Positions 8,488 through 15,634 of a DNA stretch of 51,935 nt are shown piece by piece. Made by a program: the position numbers and the translations under genes. The DNA is from a virus (Duplodnaviria; Caudoviricetes), in IMG/VR virus record IMGVR_UViG_3300024344_000021, positions 1-51,935 of that record; one strand, given 5' to 3'. Below the pieces are notes generated by a model. It did not search any database and was not told the DNA's origin. It saw nothing but the letters and a program-made list of their open reading frames with translations. Position 1 is the first letter of the stretch, and every line of letters starts with the position of its first letter.

Positions 8488-10164
8488 CTAATAGCCAAAT
8501 TCGCTATCAGCCGGGGTATAAGCCTGTTCCAAATGTAGATTTCTTATTCTGCTAAAAGAATCTTGTATTCTTGGTCTAGACATTATTAAGTAGCGCAGAG
8601 CATCATAAGCGTGATCTGGCGCGTGAGTATCAACATCTTCTGGATTATTTTTATCCAGAGGAATACTTTGAAGTTCGCGTATCAGGTTAGGGCAAGTATT
8701 AAATATTTGTAGTCGTGGCCTTCCGCTTTGCTGCACTTTCAAGTATTCATGAATTTGTACTTTACCTTGAACCCTATTCTTGTCAGCCCTTCGTAGTTTA
8801 TGACCTGCACGAATTAAGGACTCCCCTACTGTTGGACCTGTAGTTCCTGTCCTAGCCCACGCTGCCGTGTCTAAAACTCCTTGAACCGAATAAGGATCAT
8901 TTAATTCCATTTGAGTAATCTTTTCTCCTAAGTCTACTCCTGTCAATCCTTTTTGATATAGCTCTCTATAAATTATAAGAGTACCATCTGAAGCGTCTAC
9001 TGCTCCCCATATACAAGCACTCTCAGAAGCATAACCATAGTCAATACCTTTAACACGTTCCCATGATATAGGAATTTCAAAAGGTGTAATAACGTGTACG
9101 TCTTGTTCAAACTCGGTAAAGGCTGCTCCTTCATTAACATCCCAATTACCTTCTAACAGTTGTTTCCTTTGAGTAGGTGGTAATGCTTGTAGCATTTCTT
9201 CATACCTACCATCTTCAGCTAAGTAAGGGTTATCATCTAACCTAGCCGGAATAAACTTTCTACTTAATCTATCTTCACCTACAAACGATTCATTAGGTGG
9301 ATGTGGATCAATATACCTTTTCTTTACCCATGTAGCTCCAACACCACCGGGGTTTGCTGTACACCGCATATAGGGTGTAATCTCAGGGTCGGTCGTTCTT
9401 AGGCGAGAAGCGAGATAGTTCCATCCAAACTCAGTAGGTAAGTGAGTAATCTCGTCAAAACCAATCCAAGAATAGGCTTGGCCTTGATACCGATAGACAT
9501 CGGCATCTCGCTCTAAGAAGCCGAACTCTACTTTGGCTCCGCTTGGGAAGTTCCAAAGTTTTTCAACCTCTTTGTACTTACACCCCGGAAATGCTTTGGG
9601 GTAAAGCTCCCTACTTTTATCTATAAGCTCTCGCAGTTCAGGCATAGACCTTCTAAGTATTAATGCCCTGTGTGCTGCCCTATGTGCAAAACGTAGTGGG
9701 TCAATAAGCATAGCATAAGACTTTCCACCACCTGCTGCACCACCATAAAGTACATCACGCTCTGGTGCTGCTAAGAAGTCTGTCTGTGGCCCATTGTTAG
9801 GCTTGAATATAACATTGTCATCGACTTCTTGCTTTAGAGCTTTAGGTACTTTATCTAGTAAATCTTCAGTAACAACCTTATTAGTTGTTTCTTTTTCTAG
9901 CTTCTTTAAAGTTTCTTTAGAAGCATTTAACGAATCTCGTTTAGCGTTTAATCTTTGTTTTAGTTGTTCTGCTTTCTTTTCTTTGGTTCGTATAGCTCGT
10001 CTTGCTTTAATCTTTGCCTTAGTCTCAGAGTGGTAGTTATACCCTCTACCTTTAGACCCTTTGGGCCTTCCGGTCTTTTTACGGGGAGTACCGTCCTTTT
10101 TAAGTATGAAGTTCCCGTCTTCATCAGTCAGGTAGTTCTGTGGGTTCTTTATCCAATCTTCCAT
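8488..10164 (-). CDS. terL: Terminase large subunit with N-terminal basic extension
   Basis: Walker A 'YGGAAGGGKS', Walker B 'IGFDE', 'TANPGG', nuclease 'GIDYG', 'DHAYDALRY'. Confidence 0.95.
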   Translation of the reverse strand: MEDWIKNPQNYLTDEDGNFILKKDGTPRKKTGRPKGSKGRGYNYHSETKAKIKARRAIRTKEKKAEQLKQRLNAKRDSLNASKETLKKLEKETTNKVVTEDLLDKVPKALKQEVDDNVIFKPNNGPQTDFLAAPERDVLYGGAAGGGKSYAMLIDPLRFAHRAAHRALILRRSMPELRELIDKSRELYPKAFPGCKYKEVEKLWNFPSGAKVEFGFLERDADVYRYQGQAYSWIGFDEITHLPTEFGWNYLASRLRTTDPEITPYMRCTANPGGVGATWVKKRYIDPHPPNESFVGEDRLSRKFIPARLDDNPYLAEDGRYEEMLQALPPTQRKQLLEGNWDVNEGAAFTEFEQDVHVITPFEIPISWERVKGIDYGYASESACIWGAVDASDGTLIIYRELYQKGLTGVDLGEKITQMELNDPYSVQGVLDTAAWARTGTTGPTVGESLIRAGHKLRRADKNRVQGKVQIHEYLKVQQSGRPRLQIFNTCPNLIRELQSIPLDKNNPEDVDTHAPDHAYDALRYLIMSRPRIQDSFSRIRNLHLEQAYTPADSEFGY

Positions 10165-10381
10165 TATCTATAATCTTCTTTAACCCAACGTGACTTAGTG
10201 ACCTTCCTGTCTTATAAGTAACCCATTCGCTACCTTCTCTAAGAGACAGGCCGTTATTCTTTATTAGTTCAGCTACAGTTTTTATAGCATCTATCTCATC
10301 TTGAACAGGCTTTAAAGTTCTGTTGTCTGAATCTAGCTCATACCCAAAAGGTATAGTGCTACTCGTCCTCTGCTTGTACAT
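10124..10381 (-). CDS. Small DNA-binding protein resembling an isolated serine-recombinase DNA-binding domain
   Basis: 'TIPFGYELD...L..V..E...I.......GLSLRE' pattern; no catalytic resolvase domain. Confidence 0.55.
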   Translation of the reverse strand: MYKQRTSSTIPFGYELDSDNRTLKPVQDEIDAIKTVAELIKNNGLSLREGSEWVTYKTGRSLSHVGLKKIIDNGRLDKEPTELPD

Positions 10382-10751
10382 CTATTACAATCTCTTCTTT
10401 GGCAGGAAGTATAAACAAACCTCCCTCTACCTTATGATTAACATCTAAACTTTCTTTTTTGCCAAGACCTGTTCGGTCTAGTATTGTCTGGGCTGCTTGC
10501 ATTCTAACATTAGCTTGTGGTATAGGATCATCAGAGTCCATAATGTTCACAAGCTTCATAGCAGCTTTCGGAGCAGACTGAGCTAAGATACCGGATGCCA
10601 TTTCGATGATCTCATGTTTGAGTGCTTTAGCGACTTGCCAATGCCCGTTCTCAGCATAACCAGAAAGCTCCGCAGCCTTCCTTAGATCACCCCCTGTAGT
10701 CATCAAGTTGTCCAGAAAGTTTTGTTGTTTAGTTGTTAATTCTTTTGCCAT
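10359..10751 (-). CDS. terS: Terminase small subunit
   Basis: Likely start MAKELTTKQQNF; HTH 'AAELSGYA', 'AAQTILDRTG'; upstream of terL. Confidence 0.75.
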   Translation of the reverse strand: MAKELTTKQQNFLDNLMTTGGDLRKAAELSGYAENGHWQVAKALKHEIIEMASGILAQSAPKAAMKLVNIMDSDDPIPQANVRMQAAQTILDRTGLGKKESLDVNHKVEGGLFILPAKEEIVIDVQAEDE

Positions 10752-10758
10752 TTTATAT

Positions 10759-10787
10759 ATTATACACCTGTTTGAGCAATCTGTCAA
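10759..10787 (-). promoter_or_regulatory. Consensus sigma70 promoter driving the late arm (probably leaderless terS mRNA)
   Basis: TTGACA-17-TATAAT; -10 lies 7 nt from the terS ATG. Confidence 0.8.
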
Positions 10788-10836
10788 GTAAAATCGTATT
10801 TAAATTGTAATAAATTGTAACGTAATACGAAAGTAC

Positions 10837-10865
10837 TTGACAAAATGGATTTCTAGGTGTATAAT
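10837..10865 (+). promoter_or_regulatory. Consensus sigma70 promoter
   Basis: TTGACA-17-TATAAT. Confidence 0.75.
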
Positions 10866-10919
10866 AGTATTATGTAGCCCACCGGGGTGCATATATATAT
10901 CTGTAACCTCCCTCCCCCT

Positions 10920-11180
10920 TAAAGTCTACCAGAGACTTTGTAGTTCCGCATCAAACTAGTTAACGACCAAACCCTCTGAAAATGTATATGATTTAGTATA
11001 TATAGGGGGTCTGGGGGGTGGCCTCCTGCCTAGCCCCTCTTACTTCAAAGACTTGTCAAGATTCCATCATCTTTTTTCATCAAAGACTCTGAAAACTTCA
11101 AAGACTTTTAAAGTGCAAGTCTAGTTTACAGAAAATTCCAAAGACTTTTGAAGTTATAGAGTAAACTTTAAAGACTTTGG
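10920..11180. repeat. AAAGACT(T) repeat cluster with G-tract; candidate terminus/pac or origin region
   Basis: AAAGACT at 11047, 11082, 11100, 11140, 11170; inverted pair at 10921-10939; GGGGGTCTGGGGGGTGG at ~11004. Confidence 0.6.
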
Positions 11181-11239
11181 AAATCTTTATAATTCAATCA
11201 CTTCAATAATTATACCTCCCATTTTTATTAGACTCTATA

Positions 11240-11499
11240 AGTATATAGTATTCTCAGAAATTGTCAAGTAAAAAATTTATTTTTTTTCGATTGACATTGT
11301 TGCGGATTTATGCTATTCGCGTATGTGTGTGTGCATATAAATGTATATTGATTTGTTGCATTCTGTTACAATTTAATTGTTGACAAATTCTGAGAATAGT
11401 TTATTATGGTTGACAGTTTCAAATGATTACTTAAAGGACAAACGAACTAAAAAATAATTTCAAAAACTTCTTGACAATAATTATTTCTTAGTATATTAT
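11240..11499. promoter_or_regulatory. Cluster of sigma70 early promoters, including a divergent pair
   Basis: Plus: TTGACA 11380/TATTAT 11402, TTGACA 11471/TATTAT 11494; minus: TTGACA 11267/TATACT 11245; further TTGACA at 11291, 11410, 11502. Confidence 0.7.
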
Positions 11500-11529
11500 G
11501 ATTGACACTTAAAACTTAAAGGTAACAAT

Positions 11530-11715
11530 ATGAATTTAGCACTTAAAAGGGTCTACAAAAAGCCCCAGTCAAGTAGCATCAAAAAAGACTGGTCTAAAAA
11601 ACATACACTAAGTACTGTAAAATTTCACAGTATTAGAAGTGAGAGAAGTCTGCCGAATCAGAGAGTACGCAGAAATGAATTCGGAGAATTCGAGATATAC
11701 GAAGTATACTCATAA
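11530..11715 (+). CDS. Early hypothetical protein
   Basis: 61 aa; AAGGT RBS; stop immediately before hammerhead 1. Confidence 0.65.
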   Translation: MNLALKRVYKKPQSSSIKKDWSKKHTLSTVKFHSIRSERSLPNQRVRRNEFGEFEIYEVYS

Positions 11716-11779
11716 TCCATACTGATGAGTGCCAGATGGTAACTGGCCGAAACCAAAAGGATTTGGTCTATGGAAACCA
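11716..11779 (+). ncRNA. Type I hammerhead ribozyme 1 (cleavage after GUC at 11768)
   Basis: Stem I UCCAUA/UAUGGA; core CUGAUGA; stem II GCCAG/CUGGC; GAAA; stem III CCAAA/UUUGG; UC cleavage site; loop II UGGU can pair with 3' ACCA. Confidence 0.92.
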
Positions 11780-11797
11780 ATAATATAGGTAAAATCT

Positions 11798-11974
11798 ATG
11801 GGTGCAAAATACGCCATAATTGGTAGAGATTTGGATGCGAGATATTTCGATACTTTTAGTGAAGCGCATTCGTTTTTCTTCAAAGAAATATTAGTGAAAA
11901 AACTAAGGAATGGTTATCCGATTAGAAATATTCATAAGGATATGAAAAATGAATATCCTATTATTAAATTATGA
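11798..11974 (+). CDS. Small early protein, 58 aa (MGAKYAIIGRDLDARYF...)
   Basis: Manual translation; AGGT RBS after ribozyme 1. Confidence 0.65.
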   Translation: MGAKYAIIGRDLDARYFDTFSEAHSFFFKEILVKKLRNGYPIRNIHKDMKNEYPIIKL

Positions 11975-11984
11975 GGTGAAGTCT

Positions 11985-12080
11985 ATGTATGCTCCAACAT
12001 GCAAGGTAGTGAATTACAATGGCAATTTGGTCTGGTATCGTAGGGATACTAAAACTGGTGGATGGACTCGTATATCATAA
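11985..12080 (+). CDS. Small early peptide, 31 aa (MYAPTCKVVNYNGNLVWYRRDTKTGGWTRIS)
   Basis: GAGGTG RBS; stop directly before hammerhead 2. Confidence 0.55.
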   Translation: MYAPTCKVVNYNGNLVWYRRDTKTGGWTRIS

Positions 12081-12082
12081 AA

Positions 12083-12144
12083 CCATACTGATGAGACTAG
12101 ATGGTCACTAGTCGAAACCAAACGGACTTGGTATATGGGAACCA
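12083..12144 (+). ncRNA. Type I hammerhead ribozyme 2 (cleavage after GUA at 12133)
   Basis: Stem I CCAUA/UAUGG; CUGAUGA; stem II GACUAG/CUAGUC; GAAA; stem III CCAA/UUGG; UA site; loop II UGGU/3' ACCA conserved. Confidence 0.92.
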
Positions 12145-12162
12145 ATAATACAGGTGAAGACT

Positions 12163-12351
12163 ATGTTTTTTCTAAAGATATTCTTAACCCATCTGGATTT
12201 TAGATGGAGACTAGCAGAGATACGCACTAATTATTTTAGTGGATCGCATGAGAAATATATTGATGTAGTTGATATTGCTAACAATAAAATTGGACTAAAG
12301 AAGAAAATTAGTCATGGTAAGTATACTAGAGTATGGGTAAAAAAAGTTTAA
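12163..12351 (+). CDS. Small early protein
   Basis: ATG after AGGTG RBS following ribozyme 2 (track ORF 12154-12351). Confidence 0.6.
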   Translation: MFFLKIFLTHLDFRWRLAEIRTNYFSGSHEKYIDVVDIANNKIGLKKKISHGKYTRVWVKKV

Positions 12352-12359
12352 GAAAGTAC

Positions 12360-12387
12360 TTGACAAATATTTTAAACGTGGTATTAT
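12360..12387 (+). promoter_or_regulatory. sigma70 promoter (extended -10)
   Basis: TTGACA-16-TATTAT, with TG at 12379-12380 forming a TGn extension. Confidence 0.6.
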
Positions 12388-12507
12388 ACTTACAAGTTTA
12401 AAGGTATAGGAATATGTGCAAACAAAAATTAATTAAACCGGCTGCCTGTTATACACGGCCATACAAACCCATAAAATTTGATATTAATAAATGGATAAGG
12501 AAACATA

Positions 12508-12729
12508 ATGAAAAAAATAACAATAGGTAAACAGCGTAAAGATGGTAAATTTCCAGTGACATACTGGTATCAAGGTGCTGAGAATATGTTTGGTGGTAGG
12601 GATCATCCAAGTGTATTCAGAAAGATACATAGTCTTGATAAGATTGTAGATCATAATCTATATCATGGTGATATTTTTGAGAATCATTCTGGATTACCAA
12701 ATAACTATTTTAATTTCAAGAGATCATAG
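12508..12729 (+). CDS. Early hypothetical protein
   Basis: 73 aa; AAGGA RBS. Confidence 0.65.
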   Translation: MKKITIGKQRKDGKFPVTYWYQGAENMFGGRDHPSVFRKIHSLDKIVDHNLYHGDIFENHSGLPNNYFNFKRS

Positions 12730-12730
12730 C

Positions 12731-13459
12731 ATGATTAAAATATCTAAGACAAGTAAACTCGGCTGCCATTCGTGGAGTTTACAAGCACTGACTACGTGTC
12801 CTGCTGCTAGGAAACAAGATGGTAGCTTAGTCGATGCCTGTAAAGGATGCTATGCTAGGGGTGGGAACTATAGATTCCCTAACGTAAAAGCACCACGAAT
12901 CCATAATCAAGAGGATTGGAAACGTGATGGATGGGTAGATGATATGGTATCTGAATTGGATAATCACAGATACTTTCGATGGTTTGATAGTGGTGATATG
13001 TATCATATCAAACTAGCAGAGAAAATCTATCAAGTGATGAAGCGTACTCAATGGGTTAAACATTGGTTACCTACTAGACAGTACAAGTTTAGTAAGTTTA
13101 AAGATGTAATTGAACGAATGAATCAACTAGACAATGTAGTGGTTAGACTGTCAAGTGATTCGGTTCAAGGTAAGAAAGTGAATTTCAGTACATGGAGATT
13201 GAATAGTATCAAGACTAGTAGCACAATACTACCAAAAGATACTGATCATGTATTCTCTAGTGATCATACTGGAGTTAAGGTAGATAAGAGTCATGTAGTA
13301 TGTAGGGCATATGAGAACGATGGTAAATGCGGATCATGTAGAGAATGTTGGAATAAAGATACGCACACTATAGCCTATGTAGCGCATGGTAAATCAATGG
13401 GTAAAGTCTTAAAGGATATAAACGAATTAGGCTATACAAGGTTAACTATGGTGGGATAA
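12731..13459 (+). CDS. GP88-like Cys-rich (radical-SAM-like/Fe-S) protein
   Basis: 'TCP...ACKGCYA', 'FRWFDSGD', 'HWLPTR', 'VVRLS', C-terminal 'C.A......CGSCRECW'. Confidence 0.75.
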   Translation: MIKISKTSKLGCHSWSLQALTTCPAARKQDGSLVDACKGCYARGGNYRFPNVKAPRIHNQEDWKRDGWVDDMVSELDNHRYFRWFDSGDMYHIKLAEKIYQVMKRTQWVKHWLPTRQYKFSKFKDVIERMNQLDNVVVRLSSDSVQGKKVNFSTWRLNSIKTSSTILPKDTDHVFSSDHTGVKVDKSHVVCRAYENDGKCGSCRECWNKDTHTIAYVAHGKSMGKVLKDINELGYTRLTMVG

Positions 13460-13614
13460 TGTTAGACGATTTAAAGTGTAGTGATTGTAAGAAAAATAAT
13501 ATAATAGTTTATAGAGAAGATAAGTATTACTGTGCAAAATGTTACACTAAATATTTAAAACAGTTACATCCGACAATTAAACAGACTATATTTAGAGGTG
13601 CTATGAATGGATGA
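13459..13614 (+). CDS. Small Cys4 zinc-ribbon protein, 51 aa
   Basis: Manual translation: CSDC...YCAKCY; coupled start (TAATG). Confidence 0.6.
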   Translation: MLDDLKCSDCKKNNIIVYREDKYYCAKCYTKYLKQLHPTIKQTIFRGAMNG

Positions 13615-13897
13615 TATTCGACAAACAATAAAATATAATCATGCTAACTGGTCTGGTGGTGAATCTCTTTTGACCGTAGGCACTGAGAAATTCTGGAGTG
13701 ATCACGGGTATAATGGGAGTTATAAACTTCTTAATGATGAGACTGCTACTGTCAAGGTGTTAGATGATGGTAGTGAGATAGCTGATTTACTAGTCTTTCA
13801 TGATGGTTCTGGATGGTATTGTTATGATGGTGGAGTAGCTAGACTAGCAGAGAATCCTATCGTAGCAGCACTACAAGTAATACATAATACATACTAA
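13607..13897 (+). CDS. Hypothetical protein
   Basis: 96 aa; GAGGTG RBS. Confidence 0.65.
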   Translation: MDDIRQTIKYNHANWSGGESLLTVGTEKFWSDHGYNGSYKLLNDETATVKVLDDGSEIADLLVFHDGSGWYCYDGGVARLAENPIVAALQVIHNTY

Positions 13898-13909
13898 GAG
13901 GGTAACACT

Positions 13910-14182
13910 ATGAGTAATGTAGTTGATATAAAAAAGGCTAAGAAAATCAAGAAGATAGCAGATGGTATAACTTCTGATGAGGCTCAAAGGTTATATGATG
14001 AAATGAAAGATGAAATTTTAACCATTGAATCTACCCTAGCAGAAACATTTGACAAATTAAATCCAAGCATGATAGGTGCTGCTGTAGCTATGCACATATT
14101 TACTAAGAGAATATGTGAGGTTTCAGGGTACTCAATGGAGTATATTCAAAAAGGATCAGAGTTTTATTATAAGAGTGAATGA
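13910..14182 (+). CDS. Hypothetical protein
   Basis: 90 aa; GAGGGT RBS. Confidence 0.65.
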   Translation: MSNVVDIKKAKKIKKIADGITSDEAQRLYDEMKDEILTIESTLAETFDKLNPSMIGAAVAMHIFTKRICEVSGYSMEYIQKGSEFYYKSE

Positions 14183-14201
14183 AACAAATTGTAACAAGTG
14201 C

Positions 14202-14230
14202 TTTACATTAATCGTAATCTATGCTACTAT
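14202..14230 (+). promoter_or_regulatory. sigma70-like promoter
   Basis: TTTACA-17-TACTAT, preceded by AAATTGTAAC motif. Confidence 0.5.
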
Positions 14231-14269
14231 AGATTATATAATCTTTTAAGTATTAACAAAGGTATTATT

Positions 14270-14476
14270 ATGAACATTGATTTAAATCCAACTAATGATA
14301 ATCAATTATTAGTTGAAGTTAAAAAGGTTTATGGAGTTGATAGAGTTTATCCTGCTTGTAGTAGGTCACTTGCACTATCGAAGTTGATAGGTAAAAAGAC
14401 TTTCAGTAAGCAAGAAGTCAACATTATCAGGGAAGAACTGGGTTACATTCTTAAACATAAAACCTATGAGGTGTAA
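14270..14476 (+). CDS. Hypothetical protein ('VKKVYGVDRVYPAC')
   Basis: Likely start MNIDLN after AAGGT. Confidence 0.65.
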   Translation: MNIDLNPTNDNQLLVEVKKVYGVDRVYPACSRSLALSKLIGKKTFSKQEVNIIREELGYILKHKTYEV

Positions 14477-14477
14477 G

Positions 14478-14657
14478 ATGAAAACAATCTACCGAGTTAG
14501 ATCAATCAAGAACCGTAATGGTATCTCCAATGGTCCTGTTTTTATGGGGTTTCATATGGGTAAGCGATCATTCTATATTCAAAAGCTTAATGCTACTCGC
14601 AAGATGAATGTATCTATCAGTGATAAGTGGGGTAATAGTGTTGTCTCAGCCCGATAA
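14478..14657 (+). CDS. Hypothetical protein
   Basis: GAGGTG RBS before MKTIYR. Confidence 0.55.
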   Translation: MKTIYRVRSIKNRNGISNGPVFMGFHMGKRSFYIQKLNATRKMNVSISDKWGNSVVSAR

Positions 14658-14805
14658 GATTTGTTGTGTGTCAGGCTGCGATAACAGGGGTACAATAGCA
14701 GTTGGCCCAGTTAAGATGTACTGCGCTAACTGTTATACCTTTGTTTTCTCAAGACTTTTAATAAGAGGTAAAGGACATGGACATTCTAAAAGAGTGGTCA
14801 GATAA
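14608..14805 (+). CDS. Small Cys4 zinc-ribbon protein
   Basis: 'CCVSGC...YCANCY'; start uncertain. Confidence 0.5.
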   Translation: MYLSVISGVIVLSQPDKICCVSGCDNRGTIAVGPVKMYCANCYTFVFSRLLIRGKGHGHSKRVVR

Positions 14806-15079
14806 TAAGAAGCGTTACTATCTAACCATAGATCAGATGTGGACTGTTTTCTGGCATAACAATCATGTGTCTCCACCCAAAGATCACATTAAAGACAAGT
14901 TTATAAAGTACATTGATAGTGCATTAGGTATTAATAGTAATACAACTGATGAGCGATTCATTAAGATGATAGAAAAGAAATATCCGCATGAAGATACCTA
15001 TCATTATTTTGAAGATATGATTTGCCATATTGTTGTCATGTTTATAAATAATAATATAAAGGGTAATGATGATGAGTGA
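14777..15079 (+). CDS. Hypothetical protein
   Basis: 100 aa ORF with RBS. Confidence 0.6.
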   Translation: MDILKEWSDNKKRYYLTIDQMWTVFWHNNHVSPPKDHIKDKFIKYIDSALGINSNTTDERFIKMIEKKYPHEDTYHYFEDMICHIVVMFINNNIKGNDDE

Positions 15080-15287
15080 AGTAAAAAAGAGTGGTGACTA
15101 TAGAGTATTATACTATGGTGAGTGGAGGATAATTGGTTCTAAAAAGGTAGGCTATGAATGTCATATGCCTCCATTAAATATGGCAGCCCAGTTTCGTAAG
15201 GCTAGGGATAATGGTAAGCCTTTATGGGCGCCCACCATAGACACGGTGCTAAGTACGATAGATGAGATAGAGGGCAGTGATGTTTAG
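15066..15287 (+). CDS. Hypothetical protein
   Basis: 73 aa coupled ORF. Confidence 0.6.
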   Translation: MMMSEVKKSGDYRVLYYGEWRIIGSKKVGYECHMPPLNMAAQFRKARDNGKPLWAPTIDTVLSTIDEIEGSDV

Positions 15288-15453
15288 AGATACACCATAC
15301 AAGTTCAAGAATTTAAAATCAGCCTATGAATCTATGAAGTTAGGGTTCGATTCAAAGTATGAGTATGATATAATCACTGATGAAGACGGTGATATAATTG
15401 TAAAGGTAACTGATTCAGAAAATAAATTGTTAGGATATTTAGAGGACTATTAA
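15280..15453 (+). CDS. Hypothetical protein, 57 aa (MFRDTPYKF...)
   Basis: Manual translation; GAGGG RBS; ends just before the tRNA. Confidence 0.55.
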   Translation: MFRDTPYKFKNLKSAYESMKLGFDSKYEYDIITDEDGDIIVKVTDSENKLLGYLEDY

Positions 15454-15454
15454 A

Positions 15455-15528
15455 GGGTAAGTGACAGAGTGGTTATGTGATGGACTGCAACCCCATTTAT
15501 GTTGGTTCGATTCCAATCTTACCCTCCA
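15455..15528 (+). tRNA. tRNA-Cys (GCA)
   Basis: Acceptor GGGTAAG/CTTACCC, D-loop GG, anticodon loop CTGCAAC, T-arm GTTGG-TTCGATT-CCAAT, U73 discriminator, encoded CCA. Confidence 0.92.
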
Positions 15529-15534
15529 ATTTTA

Positions 15535-15609
15535 TGTGAGTATGGCTTGCAGTAATGCGTAGCCTCCACCGGATGCTTGGAATATGCAATCCCTATTACC
15601 CTACTCACA
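15535..15609 (+). ncRNA. Unidentified structured RNA (multi-stem junction, GNRA tetraloop)
   Basis: P1 (U)GUGAGUA/UACUCAC(A); P2 GGCU-UGCA-GUAA-UGCG-U-AGCC; P3 GGAUGC/GC-A-AUCC; possible UCCA/UGGA pseudoknot. Confidence 0.55.
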
Positions 15610-15634
15610 CCAGTTTTATTTTAAGGAGCGTGAT

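Noticed and set aside
10124-10381. Integrase/lysogeny module
   Set aside because: Only a small DNA-binding-like domain; no catalytic domain, repressor or att site recognised
11040-11180. CRISPR array
   Set aside because: Repeats are only 7-10 bp with irregular spacing; no cas operon (the Cas4-like gene is a normal phage exonuclease)
13973-14010. CTGATGA...GAAA as a third hammerhead
   Set aside because: Inside an ORF; no stem II or III pairing and no NUH/stem I
14946-14985. CTGATGAG...GAAA hammerhead-like core
   Set aside because: Coding sequence; required helices do not form
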